From positions 60,638,001 to 60,702,000 of the forward strand of contig NC_045696.1 of the NCBI RefSeq assembly GCF_009834535.1: 64,000 nt of DNA, given 5' to 3'. Position 1 is the stretch's first letter. Each line of letters starts with the position of its first letter. Source of the stretch: Camelus ferus (lineage: Eukaryota). The notes beneath the pieces were generated by a model. It ran no database searches and had not been told where the DNA came from. It saw only the letters and a list, made by a program, of their open reading frames with translations. The position numbers were made by a program, and so were the translations under genes. Below, in pieces: positions 1 through 12,759 of this stretch.

Positions 1-610
1 ACTGGTATATTCCAAACAAGAATTACTATTCAGCAATAAAAAAGAATAAACTATTGATACACAAAATCAACATGTATAAAACAGCAAAATAGTTATGCTA
101 ATAGAATAAGCCAGACCCCCTCCTAAAAGACATACTGTGTGATTCTATTTATATAAAATTCTAGAAACCTCAAACTAATTTATGTGACACAAAGCAGATC
201 AGTGATATAGTGGATTGAATGGTGACCTCCAAAAATATATTTCCACACCCCAATTCCTGGAAACTGTGAATGCTACTTTACTTAGAAAAAAAAGGGTATT
301 TGCAGATGTAATTAAGGATTTTGAGATGAGAACATGAGAACATCATCCTGGATTATTCTGGTGGGACTTAAATCCAATGCCAAATGTCCTTATAAGAGGA
401 CGCCTGGAAAGTGGTTCCCTGGAAATAGGAAAGAGGTGGAAAGAGGAGGGAGGTGGCAAGGAGAGATTACAAAAGGGTAAGAGTAAACTTTTGGGAATAA
501 TAAATATTTTCATTATCATGATTGTGATGATGTTTCATGGATGGAAACATATGTCAAAACTTATCAAATTGTATACTTTAAGTCCATTATACATTAACAA
601 AGCTGTTAAA
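1..610 (+). mobile_element. Old L1M (L1MC/MD-like) 3' end, interrupted by an LTR fragment
   Basis: Typical L1M 3' UTR motifs: catactgtgtgattctatttatataaaattctag, aaagcagatcagtg, cttatcaaattgtatacttta. Confidence 0.7.
204..402 (+). mobile_element. MaLR LTR (MLT1-type) 5' fragment
   Basis: tttgcagatgtaattaaggattttgagatgag...catcctggatta...taaatccaatg...gtccttataagagg. Confidence 0.75.
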
Positions 611-1289
611 AAGATGAAAAGATCCATGGGTCTAAAACAAGACTCCACTTGGAATATTCTGGCTTTTTCAAAGCAGTCCACATAACACTGATAGGTGGTG
701 CATTCTCAGGAAACTGATCATAAGATGAAACACTATCATATGAAGAATAGCTGAATAACCCCAGAATATTAAAATTAGGAGAACCGATATTCAAGTACAT
801 TAGTATGACTATGTACAAGTTAAAACATTCTCATCTTACATGAACTTCATTAGAATCAAAACCAATGATATCAGTTACAGTGAGACAGATTTTGGTTCAA
901 AGAACTTCGTAAAGTCAGTGTTTGTCCACAGATAAGATAGCTGCTGGGGGAGCTAGTTCTTGGGAGACTACCTGTCTAGATATTCCATGTCTCTCTTTGA
1001 CTTCTTCTGTTGCATCTTTTGTTTTTTTTGTGATCTCTTATCTTCTCCAATTCCTGTTTTTTCCCCTCCTCTTATGTTTTGCTACAGCATGTACTTTAAT
1101 GGCTTCCATTATATATTAACAAAGCTGTTAAAAAGATGAATTTTTAAAAACTCTTATTAAATTTACTCCCTTGTCTGCCTAAGAGATTCCTGAAGGGAAG
1201 GATTTAAAATCAATGTCCTTCTCAAATGAACAGGGCAATAACTCCACTAAGAATAAACTTCCTATTTCTCTCCATTCATGAAACAGACA

Positions 1290-2936
1290 AAGGCATCACT
1301 GTTCTCTAGTTTTATTATTTTTAATCTTCCCAACACATGAACTATAAGTCATTTTGAGATTTTTCAGTGCATTTCACAGCAAAAAATGAACAAGGGAATC
1401 ATTAAAATGGTTGTACATAAACCAATTATTTTCTTATAATTTACAATTTGTTGAAAAACATTATTGTTTTGCTGTTTTGATCCTATCAACTCCCTTCAAT
1501 AAAACACAATTTATCAGAGCACAAAGCTTAAACTTCTTGTGATGATGCAACAGATACAGCCACCTACAATGGCTAATGAATAACAGGTCTATGTTACACA
1601 CACTGATTGGAAGACCACATCAGAAGAAACAGAGTAAGGCACCACTCTTGGAAAATTAAGGTAGCTTGCAGTAACAAGTGTTGAGCACCGTGAGTAGGTG
1701 CTCAATAAATACTTGAATGAATGATGAAAGCCATTATTTTCATTGCCAGCAATTCTTCAACCTCAATAAAATACTTATTTAAAAAAAAAAAAAAAAAAAA
1801 AACTTTGTACCTGAATACAACTTCCTGGTATCTTTTTTCCTGATATCTTTTTATTTCATACTCTTTCTTCAGCATTTGAATTTCCTTGAAAAGAAAATAA
1901 AACCACACCATACATGCACTCAGTCACATATATAACTTCTGAATTACTGACAAATATGAATAGTTGTTTTAAATTTTGAGTGAACGGAGATAAGATAAAC
2001 CATACTTATCCAGAGAGATAGCACATAATACTGGATATTAATCTACAAGTGGAAAAAAGGTAAGGAAAACAGTAACAGTTTTATTTTTTAATGTTTGCTA
2101 TGTTCTTTAATGCCTCAGTTATTGAGAAAGGCCAAAATCTCATCACATTGACATGAACACATTTTAAAAAACTGTCTCTCAAGTGTAATATTTAATAAAA
2201 CTTGGTACTGAAAAATGTTCTGAAATTTTTCAAGTCAATGTTGTTTTCAAGTATATTAAAATGCTCAGAAGAAAAAATTCTCCATGGTTATAACTCTAAT
2301 CAATTTATAAATATACTTTTTAAAAGAGAGTTCCAACAGAGGTGGATAGCGGATAAGTTCCTCAGACACAGGCACACAGTCTCTTTGAAGGAACAGAATG
2401 CCTTGTTACGACAACCTGGTTGATTTTTTTTTAACACTGATTTCAGGCACAATGGCTGAAGCCACTTCTGGGTCATCTTCTTCCTCCTCTTGGTTTGTTG
2501 TAAGAGTAGTGAATACTTCAGTTATTGACAGAAAGGAAAGCACAAACTCTGAAAGAGATTTCACTTTTCACTATAAAGAAAGCAGAATCACTGAGTTCTC
2601 ATTGTTGTGTTTATCTGCTGCCCCCATGCAAAAACAGGGGATTCAAACTTAGCTTTCGGAGCAGGAACTGGATAAAAGATTAATCATCTAATACTTCAGG
2701 TGAAAGGTTTGAAGATGCTATTGCTCGCATCACATGAACAGCTTGGTGAGAGGTCCATCGTGCTCCTCCAACACTTTGGTCTGCCACAGTTCTATGGTGC
2801 CCTAATCGGTACATTCATGTTTAGTTAGTTTCAGTCTGTGCAATCAGGAAGCAGGTCACTCAGTGCAATGACTCCATTCTGGGAGGGTCTAGGGTAAACT
2901 GAGAAGTTCATTTGGTCGAGTCTTAGATAGTGTGCG
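1290..2936 (-). other. OSBPL11: OSBPL11 3' UTR (3' end approximate)
   Basis: Follows the stop; no recognisable transposons; U-rich; ends near an AATAAA followed by a GU-rich tract. Confidence 0.75.
1311..1316 (-). terminator. Likely main polyadenylation signal AATAAA
   Basis: tttatt on + strand; GU-rich GTGATGCCTTTGTCTGTTTC lies ~10-30 nt downstream on the minus strand. Confidence 0.7.
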
Positions 2937-3002
2937 TCACTCTGCTGGTTGTGTTGTTGGAATTATTTTCCAAAGGGGTTTGTGATAAACCCAGCCATCT
3001 CC
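2937..3002 (-). CDS. OSBPL11: OSBPL11 last coding exon (GDGWVYHKPLWKIIPTTQPAE*)
   Basis: tttcAG|GGAGATGGC...GAG TGA; 66 nt including stop at 2937-2939. Confidence 0.96.
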   Translation of the reverse strand, partial: GDGWVYHKPLWKIIPTTQPAE

Positions 3003-3771
3003 CTGAAACAAGTGGAAAAATAAATTAAAGAAACATTCCTCTAGTATTTTCAGAATCAGTAAACAAAACTAGGTACAATGTCTTCATTGACATGGAATTC
3101 TATCCTCACATTTAAAAATAAGAGTTGTGAAGAAAAAAAAGTCTCTGTGCTTTAAAAAAATAAAAATAAAGTCTCTGTGCTTAAGATATCAAAAAATGTG
3201 TGTGGTTCAGCTAGGATTGGGTGAGAAGTTCTGGTCTGGGAAGACCTAGTTTGTGCTCCATGAACATTTCATTTTGCAGAAGTCATCTGTAGCAGTTCTG
3301 CCAATTTTGCCAAGATGCTGCAGGTTGAGCCTCATCCACAGAGTGACAGGCAGCAGGTGCAGCACTGGACTAGCTGTTCTGTCCTTCTCAAGTCTCTGAG
3401 CACTGTTTTCTAGTTCATGCTGACTTTACCCTATTAGTTTTCCCTGGTTCCTATGAACAGAAGGATACTGAAGGGAGATAAAGTTAGAGTCAGAGAGTGA
3501 ACTAAAGATAGGAGACGACCAAGTGAAGCAAAAAGAGCTCCAGCAAATGCACGAAGCAGCTCAGTGGGGTGGGAGCTTGGCAGAGCTGAAGTCACAGTAG
3601 CTAAGGCTGGAGTTCAGTGTTTATGGGACTAAGGAAATTTAGTCAGATTTGAACCTCTGTCTTAACTGCTATATCACCTTCAATTTATTTACATTTAAAA
3701 ATATTTTTTAATATATTTACCCTACCTTATTCCAAAAATGACTTAAGGCCAGCAATTGTGTGGCTCATAGG

Positions 3772-4129
3772 GACAAGACTTCTCTCCTTGACCAAACTTT
3801 AAAAGTTAGACTCCTTCGTCTCTCTTCTTGTTTATGTCTCATCCTAGCCCTGCTGAGCCCAGTTTTAGCCAAAAAAATCCCGATAAACCAGTTTAATCAA
3901 GAATTCCCTCATCTTTGATCTCCAGTCAAACTCTTTTTCCACCTTTGGTATCTAATCAAGTGCCTCCCTCACCCCCGACCCTTGCCCGACACCACCAAGT
4001 TCCTCTTAGTAATTTTCCGTCCACTCCCTCACCCTGCGCGTTGGCTATAGGTTCCCACTTATCCCCACATTCAGAGCTGAGTTTAATCTTTCTCCTCTAC
4101 TGCAGTGGCACAGTGATTTCTCTTTAACA
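3772..4129. mobile_element. ERV1-group solo LTR (MER31-like)
   Basis: Begins gacaagacttctctccttgaccaaacttt, ends ctttaaca; resembles recalled MER31 termini. Confidence 0.55.
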
Positions 4130-4349
4130 ATAGAAATCATTAGGTTGTTTATTATGTTCAATCACCTAGTTGATAACTCGCAACACAAAAGATGTCACCT
4201 AACCACATTACAGAATGCTAGGTTTAGAAGATGTGCCATGTGACCATCTCATGTCACCGATGAAGGGACTGAGGCTCTCTCTCAGAAGTGAAATGAGCTG
4301 CCCAACTTCACCCAGGAAGGGGCAGAGTTCATTTCAGTGCACCTTCTCT

Positions 4350-4470
4350 ATATTTACCTACATTTTATATATGAGGAAACTGATGTTAAAAGAGGTAAAT
4401 AAACTATCCAAGGTAAGAGCTGGGGTTCAAATTTAGCACATCTGACTTTAATATGGTCCACTATACTATA
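4350..4470 (-). mobile_element. MIR fragment
   Basis: cattttatatatgaggaaactgatgttaaaagaggtaaataaactatccaaggt core motif. Confidence 0.6.
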
Positions 4471-5484
4471 AAAGTCTTCCTGCTTGCATTTACATACATC
4501 TTAAGAAATTTTAAATATCCACTTAAAAGGATACAACCAATAGTTCCTGATGGATGTCTATACTCACAAAAGGGAGAGAAGGGAAGATCTAACAAACATC
4601 AATGAGAAACGGTCAGGAAAAGGTGAGTATTATCGAATGATACTACAAACACTTTTAAGTTCATCTGTATTTTCTTAGGTTATTCTACCTCCTCTTATAC
4701 CAAGTGACTATTCTCAACCATCTAACCAAAGCCAACTCCTAACTGATCTGTAATTGGTTTGACAGCAATAACGAATGTACCCCACAAGTGGAAAAGCTCT
4801 TGTTACTTATAACAATATTTATGAAAACATCTAATATGCACCCAGCACTCTGCTTAGGACCACAGAGGAGACAAAAATCAACTTTTCAATAACATACGAT
4901 TCTTCTTAGCAAAGAGCCATACATGATGACAATAGCTCTAAACTTGTTATGAACCTTGGGGTACCGGTTTCAGCTAGCTGCCATCCTCCTCAGCCTCGCG
5001 TGTACTCTGCAGTGCTTTTTACAGCACATACCATGGTCCTGTCACACAGGATGTAACTTGGCTGCCCCATAGGCTTAGGCAATTAAAAAAATGACATAAA
5101 TCTAACCCATCTGTTGCACTACTGTGCCATGGCACACCACATCTTACATCTTGCCACCCAAAGGGGCCCAAATCTGAGTCAGCATCTCCAATCTGCTGTT
5201 CCATCAGGCAGTTAGTTGAGACTATCTAGGCTGAAAGAAATTCACTGTTGTATTGGGACAATCGCCGTTATCTTGCCACCACTTTCTGTATCTGTCTATC
5301 CAACATTATAAAGTGTGATAAAGGGATTAAGTGGCAGGCTCTTAACAATATTTGTCAAATAAAGAGTAAGTGAGAAGTAGCAGGTTTACATATCATGTTA
5401 GCTGGTGCCTATTCTTTAAAATCTTTTAAAATTGGTTGTATTTTTTGCCCACTACAGCTTCATGTTCTCAGCCCCAAGAGGTCT

Positions 5485-5725
5485 TTTTTTTCTTTTTAAT
5501 TTTTTAAAATTGAAATACTGTTGATTTACAAAGTTGTGTTAGTTACTGGTGTACAGCATAGTGATTCAGTTATACTTATATATATAGATATATTCTTTTT
5601 CATTATAGTTTATTACAAGATATTGAATATAGTTCCCTGTGCTATACAGTAGGACCCTGTCATTTATCTGTTTTATATTGTAGTTGTATCTGTAAATCCC
5701 AAACTTCTAATTTATCCCTCCCCAT
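5485..5725 (-). mobile_element. L1 3' end fragment
   Basis: T-rich tail then ttgatttacaaagttgtgttagtt...gtacagcatagtgattcag...ttccctgtgctatacagtagg. Confidence 0.8.
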
Positions 5726-6957
5726 CCTAGAGTTCATTTTTAATGATGTATAGAAATCCTCCCTTAGAAATTTTCCTCTTATAGAATCTGTTCCTGGTAT
5801 ATCTACTTTCTTAGTGAACTTGACATGAAAAAAATCCAAGGTTACCAGATTACAATTTTGCAGAGTTATTACAAAGATTTATCTATTCATACAAAAATGA
5901 AGAGTAGTAAAGTGCTTTCCCTTGAATTCCTATCCATAAAAATAGTTGGTATTTATATTAGATACCTGAAGATGGGAAAACTGAAAGCAATGAAACTACT
6001 ACCATAAACTATGGATTTCTGAAGGTGAGAATTCTACAAAATTCACATTCAAATTATTTTTCCAGATTCTTTCCTGATAGGCCAATATTAAAATTCAATG
6101 GGTTTCCTTACACTTGGCTATGGACAAGAAAAACTTTTCTTGGTATCAGCTCTGATGCCTTATTCACCTTACTCTGAATTCTACCACAAAGTAATAAAAC
6201 CTTTAAATTTAGAAAAGACTTTATAAATCATTTAGTTTTAACTGCAAAACCAGTGAATTAAATTCTCCTATATAAATTGTAGTCTTTTATGTGGGTCTAG
6301 TAATTGGGAATACATTACTAAAAAATGTACATTTATTATTCAATTTTTTAAAAATTGTTACATAATTCCTTCTTAAGTTAAGCTCAAAATTTGCTTCCTG
6401 ACAAATTGGCCTAGCCTGCCTAGGCCTAGCTCAACACTGATTATCTGAAAAGAACTTCTATGCGATAAGCCTATCTATATTTGAAGTAAGGTATAATGAA
6501 TGGCCCCAATTTTCTGGTTTCCAGGCTAAACACTCCCACTTCATTCTTTTTTCCTTAAACATTGCAAAGATTCTATCCTCTGTGTAGTCAATTAAATTTC
6601 TCATGTCTCCCTTAAAATGCAGCCCCTGGAAGCGGACAGAGAGTTTCAGTGTGGTACAAAAGGCAATACATTGTCAATTGCAAATTCTATTACTGTGATT
6701 AAAGACTAATGTTAGCATTTTTGTGGCCAATTTAATCCCCTAATCTATTTCATCTGAACTGCTGGTGAACTATTGTACTTCGACAAATTGTGAAAAGTTC
6801 ATGAAAAAGCTCATGGTTAAGCTGGACTATCTTTAGAAATAATGATGTAGCTGGATTGTCTTCAGAAATAATGATGTATAAGTGGTAACAATTCAAGAAA
6901 GCCTGCTAAGCTAATGTAGATAATGAGTTTTAGTCTCAACACATGTAGGACATATAC

Positions 6958-7111
6958 CTCTTTAATAAAATACTTGGTTTTCCAAGGTGTGCCTGTTTCA
7001 GTACGATGCCTTTCTTCAGTCCTCTGGCGTTCTTCCAGGGTACGTTTATGCTCTGTGGCCTTATCGATTTCACATTCCCTCAGAGAGTCTGTCACATTTT
7101 TCCACAATCGC
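6958..7111 (-). CDS. OSBPL11: OSBPL11 exon 12 ([10 protein letters not shown]...WKTKYFIKE)
   Basis: ORF 6862-7131; tttAG|GCGATT...AAAGAG|GTATAT; 154 nt; conserved K..LEERQR helix of the ORD. Confidence 0.96.
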
Positions 7112-7427
7112 CTAAAATCAGAAAACCACATATTTTACAAATATTCTTCAAAAAAGATAATTAAATAGAACTGATACCTTCAAAATTAAAGGTAATTTTA
7201 ATAAATTATGTTTCCTAAATCAGATCTGTAGTTCCAAACCTATGAGTTGTAAGAAAACTGACACTATGTTGCTGATGTTAAGTGTCCAAGATGCTGCTGC
7301 TTCTGTTTCTTCTTAAACTAAAAATAATTTATATTTTCCCAAGTCACATAATCAAGATTTTTATTTTTAAGAAACTTAGGAAATAACAAGCAAAAAGGAA
7401 AATAAATTTTTAAAAAGCTGAAATAAG

Positions 7428-9020
7428 AGACCACTTCTGCATCTGGACATAATGAAATAATGGGCACTAGATTTACCCTCCTACCTTTAATCAACCAGGA
7501 AACCAAACAAAATATAATGAAACAATGGTTTCAGATACTGAACAAAAGGCAGTGCAGGGCAGTGATCCCTGAGAGCAGATGAGGGGAGTCCTATGAACGC
7601 TCCAACTCACTAGATGGAGAGAGTTTACAGGCACAGCACAGGGAGGGGGAAGGTCAACAAACTCCAAGTAAGACAAAACTGCCAATACAATTCTTTGGGA
7701 AAAGTACAGTCTATTCAACAAATGGTGTTGGGACAACTGGATAGCTACGTGCAAAGGATGACCTTAGACCCTCACCTCACAATGAAACTTCGAAGAAGAT
7801 GTAAGAGAAAATCTTTGAGACTTTGGGTTAGGCAAGGATTTCTTAGCTACAACACTAAAACCGTAATCCATAAAAAAAAATCGATAATCTCAAATCATCA
7901 GAACAAAAACTTTTTACTAAAAAAAAACACCATTAAGAAAATGAAGAGATGAGCAACAGACTAGGAGAAAATATTTAAGAAACACATCCCCAGGGGAGGG
8001 TATAACTCAAGTGGTAGAGCACATGCTTAGCATGCACAAGATTCTGGGTTCAATCCCCAGTACCTCTTCTAAAAATAAATTAAACCTAATTACCTCCTGC
8101 TCAAATAAAAAATAATAAAATAATACAATAATAAATAAATAAAATATTTTAAAAAAGAAACACATACCCAATAAAGGTTTTGTGTCCAGAATTTACAAAG
8201 AACTCCTATAACACAATAAGACAACAAACAATTCAACAGAAAAATGCGCAAAAGTTATAAGCACATATTTTACCAAAGAAGATATATAAATGGCTAATTA
8301 GCACATAAAAACATGCTCAACATCATTAGCCATTAGGGAAATGCAAATTAAAATTACAATGAGGTACTATTCACACCAGCTAAAATGGGTATATTAAGTA
8401 AGACAGGCCCAATGTTGATGAAGATGTGGAGAACTGAAACCCTCACATGTTCCTGGCAGGAATGTAAAATGGTGCAGCCATTGTGAAATATAGCTTGGTA
8501 GCTTCTTGAAAAGTTACACATAAGACTACCACGCATACCAGCAATTCCATTCCTAGGTACTTTTACCCAAGAGAAATGAAAACACGTCCACTCAAAGATT
8601 TGCATGAGAATGTTCATAGCAGTATTCATCATCATCAGTCCAAAACTGGAAATGTCTATTAGTTGGTGAAAGGACAGACAAAATGTGGTATCACACAACA
8701 AAATACCATCAGTAACAAAAAGGAATGAACTACTGATACAAGTTATAGCATGAATGAACTTCAAAAACATGCTAAGTGAAAAAATTCAGGCACAAGAGAT
8801 CACATACTGTATGATTCCATTTGCTGAAATGTCCAAAGTAAATTTACAAAGATGGAAACTAGGTTCCCTGGGACTGGGGGTAGGAATGGGGATTAACTGT
8901 AAATAGGCAGGAAGGATCTTATGGGAGGATGGGAAGATTTTAAAATGGAATAATGGTAATAACTGCACCACTAAGGAAAGTTACTAAAAATCACTGAATT
9001 GTATACTTGAAACAGGCGAA
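7428..9020 (+). mobile_element. Old L1M element: probable 5' segment, ORF2 3' remnant and 3' UTR, with a SINE inserted
   Basis: ORF2-like caacaaatggtgttgggacaactggata, cattagggaaatgcaaattaaa, ccagcaattccattcctagg; ends cactgaattgtatacttgaaa. Confidence 0.85.
7993..8154 (+). mobile_element. tRNA-derived SINE (Vic-1-like)
   Basis: GGGGAGGGTATAACTCAAGTGGTAGAGC (A box), GGTTCAATCCC (B box), A-rich tail; 16-bp TSD at 7977-7992 and 8155-8170 (1 mismatch). Confidence 0.9.
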
Positions 9021-9531
9021 GGTTGTATTAGTCTGCCTTTCTAATCAGCAATATCAGAATGCCTATTTGCTAATACTTTTTCCCAAAAGAGATACTATTT
9101 TAAAAACTAGTCTTATTAATTTGTATTTCTTTGGATTTTAATTATACTGAACAATTTTCATTTTCTACGGGTGAGTTTTTTTCTTTGTGAACTACCTCTT
9201 TACGTCTGTCCATTATTTTCACTGGGCTATCCTTGTTAATAACCTGTAAGAGTTTTTATAGTAAGAATAGTAATTTTTTGCCGATTAAATTTTAGTATTT
9301 TTGCCCAGTTTACAAATGCATGATTTTTACTAAAATGTGACCAAGTATCATACAATTTCATAGCTGGTAAGGGGTTTAAGAGCATCAGATCAAACCAACA
9401 CTTTCAATTTACAAATAAGGAAGCTGATGCAAAGTGGTGAAGTCACTTGCCCAGGATGAGAAGTTAGTGAAGACTCTGGTTAAGATAAAAGGTTTTTAAG
9501 TCTTTCCTGGATGGATGTGAGGATGATATAC

Positions 9532-9714
9532 CTGGATTCAAATGGGTCCTGCTTCTCCAGAGGTCTTACTCTTTTCTTCGTTACTGCCAATTTAGTCAAG
9601 TCCACATACTTTGTCTCCCCATTGCTGTAAGTGAACTCAAGAACGCTATTCCATTCCCCTTGTACTCTGCATACAACAGTGTTGGTGATGTTGTGCTTTA
9701 CTTCACCTGTAACC
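9532..9714 (-). CDS. OSBPL11: OSBPL11 exon 11 ([22 protein letters not shown]...EKQDPFESR)
   Basis: ttctAG|GGTTAC...TCCAG|GTATAT; 183 nt; not in ORF track. Confidence 0.95.
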
Positions 9715-12700
9715 CTAGAAGCAGGCAGGAAAAAAGAAAAAGATATGCTCTAATAAATGATATTGCGCTTGTTTGTTGGGGATTCTGAAACCTAACAATG
9801 TACTACATGAATTCTGTTTAAATTACACAGCTCACTTCAATTTGTCAGTACCAAAGTCAGACTCCTTGTAAATCCATAATAGCTTCCTAGACAATTTTTT
9901 CAAATAATATCAATTTAATTTTAGAAAGAATATTGGGAATCAAATTAGAGACTTAGTTACCATAAATGATCACAAAGTGTGATAATTAAATTGCTACAAA
10001 CAAAACTAATATAACATTAAAACTAAGCAGGAATATGAAAAATATTAACATTTCTTTTTTATTACAGTCTAAAAATGTTACAGTATAATCTATTCAACTT
10101 TTTTTTTAAACTAGTCCTGTTAATTTAAAAGTTTAGAGTCCCTATATTTGAAATTCTGGATATATAAATTCTTTATAAAACCACATAAGCTTAATTTTAA
10201 ATTAAATATAGAAACCACACAAATCAAAGAGGTAGAAAAATATAAAAGATACATTAAAATTTTTAAAATTCTCTTGACAAAACAGAAAAATAAAAAGAGT
10301 ACTGGTATATAAAAATTACTGCTGGCAACACAAAACCCTGAGAGAACTCAAAACACTACTGTTGTTGAAAGTTTAATGAATTATCTGGTTGTTTTATCAA
10401 CAGACAGACAGGAGGCAGCTCAAATGGAAGTTGGAATAGAAACAGGTCTAATTATTTTTAAAGAAGAATTTTATGTTCACTGTAGGACACAAACAACAAC
10501 AGGGTCAGATTAGACAGAGGTTCAGAACTCAGAGAATAGTGGGCAAATGTTAGTGTCTAGTCAGTGTGCCAGGGATTATGGTTTACCTGGATTCAAAAGG
10601 GAATCCAAAGGACCAAAGCCCAGGTTCAGGTGATAGCTCAGGAACCCTAAGTAGCATTTGTCAATTATAAGGCAAGGGCCTGGGAACCAGAAGGACATAG
10701 TTGAATTTAGGGAGTCCATAGTTTTTAATCTGGAGAAGTGAATGCTCTACAAATTCAGAGCTCAAGGCAGAAGTGTAGGAGCCAATAAGCAAATGAACCA
10801 GTTCTTAGAGACTAAGATGTACAAGGATTTGGAATCCAAGAGCAGACCAAACATCCAAAATAAAGTTAGGCATAACTGTAGCTCACTGGACACAAAGAAC
10901 ACCATGACCTCAAATCTGCTTGATTACAGCAGGGGTGGGAACTCTGGGTTGTACCTCAAAGCATCTGAACTTAATAACTACACTGCTAAGGGTTTTTGCC
11001 TGACTGAATGTTTGTGACATCCATGTTTCCTCTCTAATCTCACTTGCCAACATTGTTTCCTTTCCTGAAATCTTATCTCTAACCAAACAGAATATGAAGA
11101 GATGACAGTGAACACTTAATCTCTTCCCTCTTCCAACTGCCCAGAACTATATTCTGCAACCTGAGGAACAATAATCCACTTCTCACTTGATCTCTCTTTT
11201 ACTGCCACAATCTCTCAAGTTATCATTATCTCCTTCACAAGACTTTCCAGTTAAAAAATAACAAGCCCTAAGGTCCCTGTTCATGCATGCTAGGTTACCC
11301 CAGGTCCTGGCTGCTTAGAGCAGCCACACAGCAAGAGCATGGTGATGAGAACTGGAGAAGGAACAAGAACTTAACATGCTTAAGTTGCCATCCTACTCAT
11401 CTCTAAAGTGAGGATAATTGATAACCAATAAGGCATTTACTCTCTTACTTTCTAAAAACTTGACATCAAGTTGGTTTTTTAGATTGTCTAGACCCTGTCT
11501 CTATAGCTATCTGGAATACTAGAAAATCATTGGCTATATTAACTTGGCTTCATATACAAAGCTTTTATTTAAAGATTGAAAGTTAAGACTTTAGCTTTGG
11601 GTTTTATTGATGTATATATAAGAAATACAACATGAAGGATAATTACATTTTATGCAGAACTACTGAAAAAGACATTGTCTATTGTATCATTTGGTGCCAC
11701 TGTATAAGGATACTTGCAACAAATCCCTTCAAAATTTAATACCAGGAAAATAGTCTCTCCTGAAAAAGTGATAGGCTTCCTTTATCTGACAATGAGAAGA
11801 ATGCTCAGTATCATGTTTCTTTTTTTACTTTAGCAAAAGAGTCAGAATTAAATTTTATTTTGAGGTACAGTATTTACCTAATCCCAGCTTCACAGTATTA
11901 TTGTCCTTTTCCATTACTGTGGCTGTTATAATAACAGACTTTACTGTCTATTATACATGAGTTTTTTCTAAAAGCCTTAGAAATGCTTTCCAAAGATAGG
12001 GTCCTAGATTCTAATACTAGACTAAAAGCTTCTTGAAGGCAGAGATAAGAATGCAGAAAAGTATGTTACTTAGTAGTTAGTAAACATAATCTTAATGACA
12101 TTATACCACTACATATGTATAAACAATCATTATCCTAAAGTGAGGGTAGAAAATGGGATCAGGAGATGGACAAGGGCATGAGGAATAATTAAGTAGGATT
12201 GCTTGGCTCCATCAGGGATAGTTGTGGAAAATGAGGGAGTAAGGAAAGACAAGTGGAAGATAATATATTTATGCCAAATGCAGACAGCAGATAATGTGCT
12301 GCTTGATTGCAGATAGCAGTAAAACACTAGGCTATGTCTGAGGAGGGAGGCATGGCCACTAATAAAGGCATGAAAGAAGGCCTTAGTTAAAATATTCTAC
12401 AAAATCAAAGAAGAAAAGATGATAAAATAGGGAAGCCTGTTTCTAATATGAATCTTTTAAATGAGCTATTAGGTGAAACTACTGGTCTTAAGGGAAATCA
12501 GAATGGAAAAAAATTAGGAAACTGGAGTCAACCAAAAGTACACTTCCAAATAACAAGAAGATCCAATGCTTGTGGCCTTATGGATAGGTAAAAAGTAAGA
12601 AGGGAGAAAAGAAGCCAATTTAAGTAAGAAATTCAAAGACATAAGATGGCAAATACAATGACTGATCATTAACAATTCAAGGATATCTATCTGAAATTTA

Positions 12701-12759
12701 AGGAGTCTTAAAAAAAAGTCAAAATATGAAAACCAGGTATCAAAAGCCAGTAAGGCTTT

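Noticed and set aside
2398..2652. Plus-strand ORFs overlapping the 3' UTR
   Set aside because: Short, low-complexity, no homology recognised.
7993..8070. tRNA genes at SINE heads
   Set aside because: Followed by a SINE body, A-rich tail and TSDs; these are retroposed copies.
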